From positions 1 to 64,000 of the forward strand of contig JAUCBJ010001244.1 of the NCBI GenBank assembly GCA_032718475.1: a stretch of DNA of 64,000 nt, given 5' to 3'. Positions 11,840-25,729 of the stretch are shown piece after piece (the stretch's first letter is position 1; the number at the start of each line of letters is the position of its first letter). A program made the translations under genes and the position numbers. A model generated the notes under the pieces. That model did not search any database. It saw only the letters and a list, made by a program, of their open reading frames with translations, and was not told where the DNA came from. This DNA is from Nemertoderma westbladi. Taxonomy: Eukaryota; Animalia; Xenacoelomorpha.

Positions 11840-14072
11840 ATGCATGAATTATCAGCTCTGATTGCTACAAGCCAAAAATATATTAATTTGAGATTGAAGG
11901 AACATAATTTACTAAAAGCGCTAACATGCACCCATACCACGAGATGGAGGTGTCTGTGGGGTCTACCGTACGAACATTGTGATGTCAGACTCTGCTACCA
12001 GCACGAATCTGCCACCATAAAAAATGGAACGGAAACCTTTGTTGGAAATCCTCCAACGTATTCCCCTCCCGACTCGAATCCCGAAATGGAAGTTGACGAG
12101 ATCAACGACGAGGAAATTGTAGTGGACTCACTGGATCAATTCGGGGATCCTGAGGAAGATCTCGAAGTGGATTTGGAGTACGTGGTGCAACACCTCAGAG
12201 TTGTTGGTACTCACGCACTGCACGATGACATATCCACGTTGTATTTCATTCGGAATGTCCCTGTGTATGACGTGGCCATAACCACCCGGGTGCTAGTCCT
12301 ACTCAATGAATATCTGGGTGTTTTACGTAGGAAATACGCTGCACACAAACATGCCAATATCAATGGCCTACTGAGTCAGTCACATTACTTCGCTAAGTGC
12401 TGATGGAAGTGTCCCATTGCTATTTCCCGAGGCCTTTTTATTTCCCCTTATTTTATATTTTGCCAGGGAGGATAATTCTATATTAGGAGCACTCCCTTTG
12501 GTTCTGTATTCTAATAGAAATCAAAACAAGCGTGGTCTCGCTTCTCTCTCTGACCACCTGGAGATGCGATTACGGGGTGTGAGTGTAACATCAAAAATAC
12601 TTGCTTATTTAGATTTTACATTCGATAATTTACTCAACACGCAACTCAATAACAACTCTGCATCCTTAGTACTAAACCACAGTCTAGAATTTTTAAACTT
12701 AAATAAAGTAAGTATTGGGATGAGGGAAAATAAATTAAACTTCAGCGAGATCGAGTCTCGAAAAAAGGTAAACAAACTGGCCGCTCTGACTAAGGACAGA
12801 CCCTGGACCTACTTTATTACATTGACTTGTAATGACACTGAGACACCCGGTGTGGCGCCCATTACCAACGCCATGAAACGTAAATACGGCCGCTGGCCAC
12901 ACAGAGGACTGCAAGTTTCAACTTGTTCGATGAGGTGTTGTATTGCTCAGAGTGTGGGTGCGCACCGTACATTATGTACTCCATTGGCTGCAGTTCAGCA
13001 AAGAACAACCTGCGGACATGTTAAAAACTTGTGGCACAGGTTCGAGTTCCAAGACCAGAAGTCCATAGGGAACAAGCCAAATGTACATATGGTTATAACA
13101 TTATTTCCAGAGGGCGTCAATGTGTCACTATCTAGAATCTGCTGCCAATCTAAAAGTTTATTTCATGGGAGTTTCGGAATTTAGATGATTTTATTGGGGA
13201 AGGACTAGTGCGAGACTTGCGGGACAAAAATAATTTTCTAAATCAGTTACAATTTTTACAAACGCACAACTGTAACAGTGCATGAAACATACTGATAAAT
13301 TTGGAAAACCCATTTGCAGATATACCAAATATCCGGAATCGGGGGGTTTCCAAATTTATTCCAAAGGAAAATCTGTATTGCTGGGTCGTATCAGTACGCT
13401 GCTATGGCTAACGAATTCTTCATCCCAACAATACCTCGGCTCTTTGTGTAATGCCGCCTGTACAAACGTCCAGGTGTGCGCTGTACGTTTTATGAAGGTG
13501 TACTTACTAAAATTGGGGCGAGCAAAGAGAAACACAGAAAACATATAATACAAGAAAGTAAGGTAGCTGGGGAATTTAGGGAAAAGGAAAGATCGCAAGT
13601 GAACGAAAAAATTACAGGGGCTAGGATTGCTGAAGAAAAAAGGGCCAAGAAAGACAAGGGTATCACAAATAGAATCATTAGTACAAATGAAATTATTTTT
13701 TATTCTTTAAAATTTGATTATTTCACTACAACAGTTACATTCCTCCACCTACAAACTGTATCACCGGAAAATAGGTCAGGCATTGTTTATCGTTATCCAG
13801 CCAACAAAACCAAATATTTAACTGATTCTGATGGTACGTTTCTGCCTGTTTCATGTAGGGCCCATCTACCCCCCACGAGACAATTTACTAACTCTCAAAT
13901 ACTACTTATTAGAGACTATATTTCTAGTTTATACTGTTCCGATATCTTTACTTCTTTCAATCTGCGTCCCCCAGAACTAATGCCATTCGACATTGTAGAG
14001 ATTTATACAAAATGTTTCATTGTAAAAAATTCATTGTCAAAGATGTCCCTTAATCCATATATAACACCTTAA
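11840..14072 (+). pseudogene. Frameshifted HUH Rep domain of a divergent Helentron/Helitron2-like element
   Basis: Motif 1 YFITLTCN; motif 2 RFEFQDQKSIGNKPNVHMV; Q.H.C...C.K...CRY; and RIISTNEIIFYSL...LQTVSPENR resembling the R..SAQEA.Y...FI.T..P.ER block. Confidence 0.7.
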
Positions 14073-14637
14073 AAATCCTTGAATAATCGCTTTTTATCGT
14101 TTATTTTTAATATTCATTTATATTGAATATTATGTATAATAATATTATGTTCTATATTCGCTACTAACTCTCCATTAATGTCTAGTTATTTGTGTAATTT
14201 ATTCCTAGAGTATAATTCATTTACCCAGTAACCTCGATTATTTTACCATTAATTAGTTCTTCATAATATTTATAATATCATATTACAATATTAATAATGG
14301 TGCCTATTTTATTGACTGTCGGTTAGTTCTTGTGGTGAGCTTCTATTTATATAACCAATGGTCAATAATATATATATATCACTCAAGATACAAAAGTTGG
14401 ACTTCGAAATTATATAAAATTATTTTGACCCGAAATTTAGCACACTCTTCTACTAGATACTGGAATAAAATTCTCATTGGTAAACAGTAAATAACAAACG
14501 ATTAGGTGGATCCAGAGCACCCACCATAAGACCCATTCCACACCCGCGATAGCAGCGTTCTCAATTTAGTCTTGGCAACTCTTCGAGAACCAGTTTTGCC
14601 CGTGGGGTTGTTTATTGGAGATAAATTTATAAATTTA

Positions 14638-14903
14638 CTAGCAGGCAATACCCGAGGCGGGTTACCTGATATTTCCCGCTACCGGTATAGGCCTACTGGT
14701 GTAGCAGCACCGGTATAGGCCTACCGGCGTACCAGTACCGGTACCGAACGTGAATTAAACTTTTCGAAAAGTGGCCTATAACGACCGCTGGTTAAAGTTA
14801 TACACACATGCCAAGTCCCAGCGCAATCCCTCGGCCCGTTTTGGAGGAGTTCGAACACAGAGAGAGAGAGAGATAGACAGAATTTGATTTTTATAGGTAT
14901 AGA
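14638..14903 (-). mobile_element. Complete short non-autonomous Helitron (266 bp)
   Basis: Minus strand reads A|TCTATACC...CTAG|T, with subterminal hairpin CCCG-AGG-CGGG (14651-14661) and a microsatellite near the 5' end. Confidence 0.85.
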
Positions 14904-14989
14904 TTAATCGTTTTGTTTTTTATTGCCTCTAGAAGGAAGTTCTAGTATATTTAGATTTATATATTTTGTCTTATTTAATTCTATTTAAA

Positions 14990-15780
14990 TTTCCAGCCAG
15001 TCATCTAAAGTTTCTATTTGCCTTATTGGTACATCGGGAGATCATCCATCTTATTCTGAGATCCATGGACGTCTGCGATATTGGTGCATTTTGTCAGGAA
15101 GTCTAGGTTTTATGTTTTTATCATCTATGAGCATCTGGATGGCAGAAAGCTGGCTTTAGCAATAGAGAAATATGCAACCTTTCTCACATGCTGTTGGAAT
15201 CGTTTCATGGATCACCTTCACCAATGGATTGAACAAGGTATCGATAAACCATTTGTTGATGTGAAGTATTTATGGACACGAATGGAGGCTCAAGACTAGG
15301 GATCCCCTGTAGCAAACATGCTACATATCCATGGTGGAATAACCCTCCACCCAGAGTCTATAGAGGAAACCACAGGGAGAATATGCTGCGAAACCATTGA
15401 CTTGCTATCTCCTATGTTTGAGACAGATTGTCCTGAATTGGTTCAGCAAGGAATGATTGAGGATGATCAATGGTCTGAGCTATGCTGCCTTGGGCATCTG
15501 CAAAATCACACCTGTGACCATGCTGGCAGTCAGTGTCATAAGCGTATTGATGAGACTGGAAATACGTTTTGGCGAATGCTTCACACTGAAGACAGATATG
15601 TATACATTGTATAGCGATGATGCCTTTGATGATTTTGAATCTATAAACATTATTCAAAGAAATGACGATGGAACTCTTAGATTAGATGATCAGGGTAATC
15701 GATATAGTAATCTTATTGGTGGTCGTCATACTTATCCCGCTGGTGGTCATGAGTTAGCTGTGCTGACAAAACCTATCTAA
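14990..15780 (+). pseudogene. Second, more diverged Helentron-like Rep fragment
   Basis: WTRMEAQD*GSPVANMLHIHGGITL (HUH motif) and LQNHTCDHAGSQCHKR parallel the 13.0-13.3 kb Rep. Confidence 0.6.
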
Positions 15781-15803
15781 ACCCACCCTCCACCTATACA
15801 CTA

Positions 15804-16928
15804 GGCCAGTTCATATATCGGATTTGGATTGAGATTTGGATTTAGATTTGGATTTGGATTGAGATTCGGATTTGTATTGAGATTCGGTTTGTGGAGTAAG
15901 GTTCAAACTAGGAAGGAAGGTTCTGTGGTATCAATAATAAGCTTTTCAATATGAGCTTTTCTGTATTTTGAATAACTATATTCAGTAACTCTACCGATTC
16001 TGAAATGGTAAATAATTTTCGCTTCAGTGTTGCAGCTGACATGTTAATTGAAAGATACAATGTTTAACTGCGGGACAGTTTATAATTATTTATAATATTT
16101 TAATTTAAGATACACTAATACCGGTAACTGTATGCATCATAGATATGCTTTCAGTAAATGGTAGCAATTCCAAATTCTAAAGTGAAAGTAAATAGTACCA
16201 CGCGGTTAATCACAACAAAGAAAAGTAATGCATACAGGTACTACAGTATGGTACTTGTAGCACGTCCTACTGTACTATAATAATTACAGTAGGCCTTGCT
16301 TGGAACCTGTATTAATTAAGTGAGCTGCCAGAAATCTTTACTGGAAAAGTACTGTACATTAGGCCCTTTTATTGTTCAAAATAAACTAAAAGTATATTTA
16401 AAACACTAAACCTTCCACTCCCGGTAAATAAACTGTGTACATACTGACATATGTATGACAGATATCTCAGGGGGCGACCCCTACACTATGTGTAAATCCT
16501 TAATAATAATAATAATAATAATAATATGTGATTAAAATTACATTTCGTTCAAAGTGGTAAGTTTTTTTGTTTATGAGTAGTAAAATAACAAACAAACAAA
16601 TGTTTTTCCAGTAAGAACCGATACCGACTCTCAGATAACTAACAGTTGAGGTTGAAGTCAAAGTAACACATAAAATTATAAATTCAAATTTTTATATTTC
16701 TTCTTAATAGATTTCGAAAAATACACCCCTTAAAATTAAATCATTATTTTGTTAAAAAACCCTTAAATTTAAATCAATATTTAGTAAGATACATTAATAA
16801 ATTACTGTATTTATTATTAATACCACAGAACCATCCTTCCTAGTCTGAACCTCATTCCAAATCCGAATCTTAATCCAAATCCGAATTTCAATCCAAATCC
16901 GAATCCAAATCCGATATATGAACTGGTC
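15804..16928. mobile_element. Non-autonomous TIR DNA transposon inserted in a minisatellite
   Basis: TIRs GGCCAGTTCATATATCGGATTTGGATT / AATCCAAATCCGATATATGAACTGGTC with (GGATTT)n subterminal repeats; TA on both flanks. Confidence 0.85.
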
Positions 16929-16930
16929 TA

Positions 16931-17515
16931 CTGTAAATCACTGCATTATCTATAAACCCACCCTCCACCCATATACATTACAGCATGTATCTAAACCCAC
17001 CCTCCACCTATATACTGTACATTACTGCATTATCTATAAACCCACCCTCCACCCATATACATTACAGCATGTATCTAAATAATAATAATAATTACAAAGA
17101 CTGTTGTTCTTTCGCTACAATTTATTACATTCAGACGAATTTTCCCAAATATTCAGTAAACAATTATTTTCAGACGAATGTTCCCAACAATTCGCTACAC
17201 AATTACCGGAATTGATTCCGACGCGAACTACATACTTATAATGGATTTGGCCCCAATAGACGACTAGCGGCCGCCGCTTCCTTCGAGAGACGATACGAGA
17301 GGCTGCGTCGTGTTGGTATTCCCAGGCTAAACCCACCCTCCACCTATATACTGTACATTACTGCATTATCTATAAACCCATCCTCCCTCCACCCATATAC
17401 ATTACAGCATGTTTCTAAACCCACCCTCCACCTATATACTGTACATTACTGCATTATCTATAAACCCACTCTCCACCCATATACATTACTGCATGTATCT
17501 AAACCCACCTTCCCA
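16931..17515. repeat. AAACCCACCCTCCACC-based minisatellite (alternating ~40-bp subunits), interrupted at ~17075-17330
   Basis: Repeated aaacccaccctccacc(t/c)atata...cattac units. Confidence 0.85.
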
Positions 17516-17779
17516 CTTACTTTTTTATTTTACCCACTAAAAACGTTTAACAAATTATTATTGACGTTTTTCGTCATTTACCTGCCAGCAACATTATTTT
17601 AATATAAAAATGTAAAAATAAAAATTATAAAATTGCAGATAAAGAACGAAAGAGTGCCTAGATAGTAGATACCTACCCTACATAATGGTACAAAAATGTA
17701 ATGAATATTATAATAAGTAAATTTTAAAAAGAAATAAGCAACACTTACTTTTTAGTCCCAATGTATAGCACATTTAAAT

Positions 17780-18660
17780 GGCACAGACTGCTATGCCTTG
17801 ATGTGTTTCTCAGTTGACCTGAAAGCTGGTTTTCCCCTTGCAATGGTTCTGATGGAGTAACAGTCGCAGGTAAAATTCATAACCGGACAAAGGATGGACA
17901 GTATGAACACGCCTGACTGTAAAACCACTTACGTTTGTACCACTTCTTCGTAGAGTGGTTAAACGTAACTTTCTTTGGAAAATCTACGTAGGAAACATCA
18001 GTCCCAGGATTGGTGGCGTTATAGTTAAAGAAGGCTGTTAATTCAGTGTTGTGCGACTTCTCTGAAAGAACATTTTGAAGATCAGCCCCCTGGCATAATA
18101 TGACCATTTGATCATTCTCCAGATAAATTCGGAGAACCTGAATGGGGGAATCTGCTGCGTGATTTCGAAGCTCAGGGTGCGCCATGCAGCCTCGGGGGCG
18201 CCAATGTAATGCATATTCTGGTAGCTGGTGATCACGTTGACATCCGTGGCATCAAGCATGAGCTGATCACCCCCAAAAATCTAGACATCTAGACAATCTA
18301 AATCAGTACCAGCAGTAAAAACACAATAAATATTGTGTTTTTACTGCTGTACTGTTACTGGTTTTTAGTGCATACCTACCGGTAAGGTTTTTTTACTGAA
18401 AGTCGCTTGACTATAAATAATAAATAAATGTGTTCAACATGAATGTTGTGGGCATGGGGTAGACCACGTTTCTAAAACTCAACAATATGAATGCGGGCAT
18501 TCAGACTCCCTAATATTTTCTTATCCCACACTTCATCAATGAGTTGTTTGAGTTTCATTCTGAAGACATGGGTGACCAGGTCAGGATGATCTTCAGCACC
18601 ACTCCTTCAAAAAGCGACTGCTGGATATCTGGCCAGTTGGTGTTGCACGTCATGGTTATA
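17780..18660 (-). pseudogene. Canonical Helitron RepHel fragments
   Basis: TMTCNTNWPDIQ, HIVEF*KRGLPHAH, YIGAPEAAWR, TELTAFF, KKWYKR and FYLRLLL motifs. Confidence 0.85.
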
Positions 18661-19017
18661 AATCCATCAGGCTTTTTAAATTCGCGCCAGATAGCCAATG
18701 CATCCTGTACTTAAATGAAATGTGGTTATTTGATAATGCATGAGTGAGGTTAAGGTTTGGTATATTTCCACATTGGGCTATGCGTTTCAAAGCCATTCTA
18801 TTTGCCCTAGTAAGAGGGTCTATGCAGCTACAGGTGGCACCTCCTTTATGCTGCATGGAGGTGGCAAGTTTTCTTGATCAATGACCTAGAATACCTGACC
18901 TGACCCGCAAATTTCCCACATACAACACATCTGTCACGTTTCTTACTACAGTACCTCCAGTACTGCTCCAATTACCTTCAGATATTCCAGACACCCCATC
19001 TGATGTAACCCTTGATT

Positions 19018-20166
19018 TTACGCCTCACGCTCCTTACGTTCATTCTCCGCCTTCACTTCACTCTCTTTACGTTCCGCCTCATGCTCTTTACGTTCACTCT
19101 CCGCCCTCACTTCACGCTCTTTACGTTCCGCCTCACGCTCTGCCTCGTGCTCTTCTTGCTCCTTCCTTTCCATCCTTCCTATTTCCTCGCACTCCCTAAA
19201 GCTTCTCGCGGCCTTCTCGGCCCTCTCTTTGTTCTCTCTTACCAGTTCTTTCTCCCTCTCTATTAACGCACTCTCTTCCTCCAACTGTCTCTCTAATTCT
19301 CTCTGGTCTTGCGCCGCCAGATCAAGTTGGCACGCCAGATCTATATTTTGCACCCTTCTTCCTTTTGCGGAGGATGTAGCAGAGTTATCGGTTACGACGG
19401 ACTCCCTTCGCCCTCCCGTCCTACTAACTTTCCCCCGCCTCCTAGAGCTTCCTCCAACCGACGAGACCGAATCCTCGGGGTTAACCTCGGATTCGCCCTC
19501 CTCCGGTTTCCTCCAACCCACTAATTTTATTCCCCGGGCATCGACTAAGTATGGCCCTATGTACACTACACTAGGCTGCATACCCCTAGATTCCCATAGT
19601 TCAAACAGTTCTCTGCCAACCTCTCTCGCTCTCTCGCTGGCTAGTTCTCCCTGTCCAAAATGCATTAGGTAATCAAAATGTCTGTTCGACTCACTTAGTC
19701 GACTTAGTCGTTTCTTCAACTTTACCTCATCTATCTTTGCCCCTCCTTTGGCCTCCTTCAGTTGTTTCCAGGTCGCGTTGTAGGCCCGTCGAAGTCGATC
19801 GCTGACCCCGACGTCCTCATCGCCCACATCTCCTCTATCTCTCCAGGTCCGGCGCTGTACCGGCGGCCCCACCGTCGCCGTTCCGGTGGGCCGCTCGTCG
19901 CCCTCAGCCTGTGGCTGGCCGGCGACATCGGCACATAGACCGCCGCTGTGTGTCGACTCGTCTCTCTCTCCTCCCAACTCGTATCTTTCCATCTTGACTC
20001 CCGACTCGTCCTCTCTTTGTAGACAGTCCCCCTCGTCTCGGACTACCGGATCGCCCGTTACCGATGGGTCCAGCGTCGTGGGTCGGTACCGTTGCGTCGC
20101 GGCCTCGCGGATCGTTAAGTCGCCGTCCGGGGTCCGCGGTGGTGTCGTTTCGCCTGTCCAGCTCAT
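19018..20166 (-). CDS. Gag-like N-terminal ORF of an LTR retrotransposon (E/R-rich coiled coil), truncated element
   Basis: 382-aa ORF starting ~75 bp downstream of an LTR; EAERKE repeats; no pol follows. Confidence 0.6.
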   Translation of the reverse strand: MSWTGETTPPRTPDGDLTIREAATQRYRPTTLDPSVTGDPVVRDEGDCLQREDESGVKMERYELGGERDESTHSGGLCADVAGQPQAEGDERPTGTATVGPPVQRRTWRDRGDVGDEDVGVSDRLRRAYNATWKQLKEAKGGAKIDEVKLKKRLSRLSESNRHFDYLMHFGQGELASERAREVGRELFELWESRGMQPSVVYIGPYLVDARGIKLVGWRKPEEGESEVNPEDSVSSVGGSSRRRGKVSRTGGRRESVVTDNSATSSAKGRRVQNIDLACQLDLAAQDQRELERQLEEESALIEREKELVRENKERAEKAARSFRECEEIGRMERKEQEEHEAEREAERKEREVRAESERKEHEAERKESEVKAENERKEREA

Positions 20167-20241
20167 CTTTACTGGTGGCTGGTCAGTCAGTTTCTGGTAG
20201 CTGTGGATCTAATTACTAGGGCAGCAGTTGGCTTTAATTAC

Positions 20242-20793
20242 TTTGACGGGATCCACGGAGGATCCCGGTTTATCCGGTTTTTAATCTACGCGTCCCCGCC
20301 GTGCGTGTGAAATGGTGAAAGAGTTATTAATCGCTGTATATAGTCCTTTGGGTATAATAGTATGAGATATGTAAGATAGGTTGATATAAGTTACTATAAA
20401 ATATAATATTGGCACTAGACGAAAGACGTTAATTAAAGTTTCGGTACTACCCTAGCTAAACTGACTTACAATAAGTGAATGAAATGATTACTGTACTGAT
20501 AATATATTGCACGGTTGGCCGTATTGCGTTACCTAACCGATGCCTTCCCCCCTATTGGCTAATAACCCTGTTGTCGCCCTTTTATCCCCCCTGAAGTGCT
20601 CCCCTTCGCCCCTGCTATTCTCTCTCTCTCAGGGGTGTAACCCCTGACCCCTATTGTGCGCGTGCTCTGTGGAGTTTCTCCTCCTGACTTTGTTGGGGTG
20701 ACACAAGGTTGACATTGGTAATCAACCTCGTGTTCCTAATATTGCTTAACGGCTCACTTTATGGAGTGGTTAGCGGAATTAAATAAGCTAACA
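20242..20793 (-). mobile_element. 5' LTR, same family as the LTR at 49073-49598
   Basis: Minus strand starts TGTTAGC; colinear similarity to 49073-49598 (ggatcccggtttatcc, cgcgtccccgccgtg, ggtaatcaacctcgtg, ataagctaaca). Confidence 0.8.
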
Positions 20794-21370
20794 TGTTTAT
20801 TATAATTTTCTTAGGCGATTTGACAATGGTTTACATGATAACGAAGCTGGAGGTTTAAATAATTTAAAATTTGTGACAGGCCCACGTTGTTATACAGTAT
20901 AACTCAACATAGGATTCAATGGGATTAGCCATGCTACATCTAATAAGAGCCCAAACAGCCACAGATTATTGAGGGATTGACTCAGGACCAAACTGGCCCA
21001 TTTTATTTTCGTGTGAGGGTAATTTATGTTTTGGGCCCCGTTCTCATCTTTATATTTCATTCTATCATTCTACTGTATGACAAAAATAATACAAATGTAC
21101 TGTATATTGTATTGTACAGTGCCTATTGTATTGTATATTTCATCTACTGTAGTACAATCTATTCATCTCGCATCCCTATCTGATTGATTTGTGTCAAATT
21201 AAATTGCCTTTGGCAACATTATTTGATACAAATCGATCGATTACACAATTAATTAATTGTTTAATCGACCAATTAATTAATTGTTTAATTAATTAATGAC
21301 CTACTTAACACCCAAGGTGCGAAGTGGGTCTAACTGTCGCCGAAAAGGGGTAACTCTTACTACTCATTAA

Positions 21371-22443
21371 CTTGGTCACTTTGGCGGCCAAAATTACCAA
21401 AATTGCCAAGTAAAAACTGCGGTATTCATGAAAGGAACTGCTGAGGCACGTTGGCTTGTCAATCACATCCAGTGAATACAGGCTGAGTGTAAGTAAAGCC
21501 CAACATGTTGGCGCTGAGGTAGAGTTCTGAGGTAGAGTTATCTCTACGTTTAGGTAGAGAGAAAGGCTCCAGTATAGTAATGGCTGGACTCGCCACTGTA
21601 GTAAACATGCCTGTAAGAGTGCAGTGTGAGGCGCCCTAACTTATTATTTTCTACATATTTTTTACTAATCTAATAATTAACACACCTTTACCTGTCACTT
21701 AGGTTATAAGCAGTGTGCTAGCACTTGCAGCGTAATAATTAATTATTTACTTTAATTATATTCGATTGGTAATAAAAATAACAAGTTTATATATTTAATT
21801 TGTAAAAATTCTTTAAAATATGAGAAAAGTACTTTACATAGATTTTTCTTTATTTACCTGTTTAGTACGCTATAATATAAATGCTCTCATAAATACAGTT
21901 AGGGGGGGGGGGGGGGGGACTGGACGCAATAAAAATTCATCACTCTCCAGGGGAAATATGACGCAAATAACAGATGATTACTCTCAAAAATAAAACTGTA
22001 ATGTTCATTTATGTTTAATTTATTGTTTTGGTTAAAATAACGTGCCACTATAACCTGCTTCTTTCCCTAAATTGAGAATTTAACATTGAGGCAAGATATT
22101 AATTCGCCAAGGCGAGTTTTGCGTCCAGTCCCCCCCCCCCCCCCCGCATCCAACTAACTCCCTTATTACGTATTAGCCTGTGCTGTATCAATGCCTCAGT
22201 GGGTGGTCTCTACTACAACTGAAAGGCCCGACTCAGCTCCAGGTAAGTTAACAATCTGTCAATAATAAAAATGAAAGCGAGCCGACATTTAGTCAGAGCA
22301 ACCAAATGGATGGCCAAGGAGACGGGCTGTCTGGACTTGACTGAGTCGAGTTAAATCGCTTCGCCAAAACGACCAAGTAGCCCATAGAAATACACTACAT
22401 TTTTTTGGCGATTTTGGTCATTTTGGCCGCCAAAACGACCAAG
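21371..22443. mobile_element. TTAA-flanked non-autonomous TIR element (piggyBac-like ends)
   Basis: TTAA|CTTGGTCACTTTGGCGGCCAAAA ... TTTTGGCCGCCAAAACGACCAAG|TTAA. Confidence 0.8.
21902..22145. mobile_element. Small nested inverted-repeat element with poly-G/poly-C ends
   Basis: G(n)ACTGGACGCAA ... TTGCGTCCAGTC(n). Confidence 0.65.
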
Positions 22444-23272
22444 TTAATGTTTATTGGGATTGGGACTGTATTTACAGTCGTTGCTCGGCGACACAAAACC
22501 CCTCACGCGATTGGTCTGGGGTTTGAGGGGGGGCTCCGTCTTCCTCTTGTAGGGCCTCTTGGCTAAGATTAGCATGGCGCCCTGTTACAGGCGCCATTTT
22601 AAAAGTGTAAGTATTAATATACAATATAATATACACACACACACATGCGCGTTCACGTTCATGTATATAATATATTGGGTCATGCATACTATACTACTGT
22701 AGTTCGGCCATAGGGACATCTATTGCCCGATACCCGACTAAATAGCTTGTGTTATTTATATGTTACTATAAATTCTAAAATTATAATATTTCATCAATAT
22801 AATATATCTCAAATAGAGAAATAGTTCAAATTTTATTTTATTCAAATTTATAACCAATTTTTATATATATTTGGAAAATATTTTTTAATATATATTTAAT
22901 GACGTATTCAATTTATAATAAAGAATATATATATTTTTGAATAATTGAATGTAATATTTAACATTCATTAATATTTAATATTATAATATTTAATATTCAA
23001 TTACATTGAAAAATTGTCTCTGAAAGAAATATTTGTTTCAGATCATTAGTATTTATATTTATACATTTTTCTTTAATTATAGGAATATATTAAATTTTCG
23101 AAAATATTTTTAGCAAAAAGTCATCTGGAATAAAATTGATAAAATAAATAAATGAAAAAAAACATTGGGCAAACTTTACAGCATTAAGGTCCACACACAC
23201 ACACACACACATGAACGCACATTATGTGTATATAATATATAAGTATGTCGTTACTACTTAGAGCAAATTTGT

Positions 23273-23750
23273 TCACTTCCTTTTACCAGTACCGTTTCGT
23301 TGTTTCTGCTGCTGCTTCTCATTCCCCTTGGCAGCAGTGAGAGGTTTTAAATTGGGTTGGTGAGCGACGGGCTTCGGATATATCGGTGTGGTGGTATGCT
23401 TTGAATTCGGTGTGGCGTTGATCGTAGGCTTCGCTCCAACAGTGTTTCCCTCGTTCGCTTTAGCTTGGCCTATTCCACTGACCATCGGAGGTTTCCAAGC
23501 ATTAACATCGTTAGTGCTATTAATAATGATAGGTCGCCCTCTCTCAGTTGCTGCAAATATGCGGCCGTCGGTACTCCATACCATGCGACTTCCAGCCTTC
23601 TCCTTTGCAGCTGTCAGGAGAGCCGATTTGCGTTTTGTTAATGAGTCAGACACGAAGATACCCGTTCCTTTAAACAATTGTCGATTTTCTATAACCTTAG
23701 CCTTTGCCCTATGATTGGTAAATTTAATAATCGATAGATTTTTCCGTTTC
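23273..23750 (-). pseudogene. LINE ORF1p C-terminal fragment (L2/CR1/Crack type)
   Basis: IIKFTN...GTGIFVSDSLTKRKSALL...VWSTDGRIF matches the IFINEDLT...VWT.DGKI pattern of these ORF1 proteins. Confidence 0.7.
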
Positions 23751-24789
23751 GGTTCTCCGTCATCCGAATCCGTAATCTGATTATATTCGTGCGAACTTTT
23801 TAGATCTGGCTATTTTACCATTTCCATGGTATAATAAATATAATTTATAATTAATATTAATATCAATATGCCAAGAGGTTAAGTTTATTACAAACAACTA
23901 TACCCATAATAAGGGTCTGTTAATTCCTGTAGGATGTTATGTCATACATTTTTCGTAGTGGTAGCGATACGGATTGTGACATGTTGCAGAATCTGCTTGG
24001 AGAGTGTAAATGTGCCTTTGTGGGTGGGGTGTTATGTTTAAATACGGAATTTGTGTGTTTCAGTAAAATATAGCATTTAATATTACAGTTTATCTATGTC
24101 GGGAAGGGAGGGGGGGGGGTGGGGGGGGGCTATAGTCCCTAGCCCTCCTTGGGGACTAATCAAGGACTTACTATTGGCCGAACGGATATTTAACTACACA
24201 ATGAGATACAGCGTGTAAGGCAGTAAGTGGGCTGCTAATAATTAATAGCCCATATTTATTTTTAAGACGAATAATAATTGAACACCCAATTATCTACCCC
24301 TCCTGTACTCCTCTTACAGCAAGCAGTGTTTGTATAGTAAGCAGAATGTCAATGTGTATAGAAAATGAAAATTTCCCGTGGATAACATACATTTATTTAG
24401 TCGCCCAGTTTTAGCCCCTGTCTAATTATTAATTAAACTAATAAATGAAAATAAACTAATATTTATTCTATTAATAATTACACAAACATTGTGTTTAACT
24501 CTTTATTACTCAAAATATGTTCAATATTAATAAATACAGTGTGTGATCCTACATTTATTTGTAAGTTCGATACGATTTTAAATTATTCCAGAGCCCGTCA
24601 GCCCCCGGACGTTAACTATGTGCGGATGTGTGTGGATTTCATCTATTAGAGTTTATATTTTAAATATTATTATTTATATATTATTTATTTATTATTTATA
24701 TTATAAAAAGTTAAGTAAGATTACTTTATCAATGACAGTTATATAAAGATATATGTATGTATGCATATACATTAAAATAGCAAAGTTAA

Positions 24790-25560
24790 ATTACGCAATA
24801 CCTGAATACGTGCCCGTTTTGGCAAGTACTGTACAAATATCTACCTTACCCGTGTTGGCAAGTGCATACCTTGCCCGTTTTGGCAAGTACATACCTTGCC
24901 CGTTTTGGCAAGTACATATACCTACCTTGCCCGTTTTGGCAATTACAAATATCTACCTTGCCCGTTTTTGCAAGTACATATATCTATCTACCTTGTCCAT
25001 TTTGGCAAGTACATACATACCTCACATACATACCTCACATACATATCTCACCTCCATGTGCAATGTAAAAATAGGTACAATAGTCCTACAGTAAGTTATT
25101 AGTTTATTAATTATTTACTATGTATACTGTAATTACGTTTTATAATAAATTGTTCTGTACATTACATCTTTATCGTTGAGTCGGACATTGTTACGCTCTC
25201 GGTAAAGTTGTACATGTACGTACATAGTGTAATTACGTTTTATATTGGTTTTAGGTTAGCGTAGTGTAATATTGTATTTGTAACCAAGTAACATAAAGGA
25301 CCCCCTTGGAAATAAGCTGCAAAGCTTTAGGGGTAATCCTATATGTTATGTTGGACAATACCGGTACATTGTTTATAGTGTATTTGTTATTGTTTTTACA
25401 TAATGTATAAATAAATCTATCTATCTATCATACATATACCTTGCCAGTTTTGGCAAGTATAAATATCTACCTTGCCCGTTTTGGTAAGTACAAATATCTA
25501 CGTTTCCTGTATTGGCAAGTACATATTTATTCCCTTGCCCATTTTGGCAATTACATATAT
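24790..25560. repeat. ~34-bp minisatellite (CCTTGCCCGTTTTGGCAAGTAC...) interrupted by a LINE-like 3' end with (CTAT)n tail (~25100-25430)
   Basis: Units at 24790-25010 and 25430-25560; aataaatctatctatctatc at ~25410-25429. Confidence 0.75.
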
Positions 25561-25729
25561 AAACCTTGGGTACTGTCCTGTTCCCCACCCCCCCATCACA
25601 GAAAATGATTTATGTTAATAACCATTTTAGTTAACAATGAGGGAAAGGATCTGAATATATTATTTTTGACAACCACATCCAAACTACAATTCCTACAGTT
25701 AACCTACGCTCAAATCCTATAACTAAAAC

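Noticed and set aside
19229-20200. Plus-strand ORFs overlapping the gag-like ORF
   Set aside because: Antisense shadows of a GC-rich, low-complexity coding strand.
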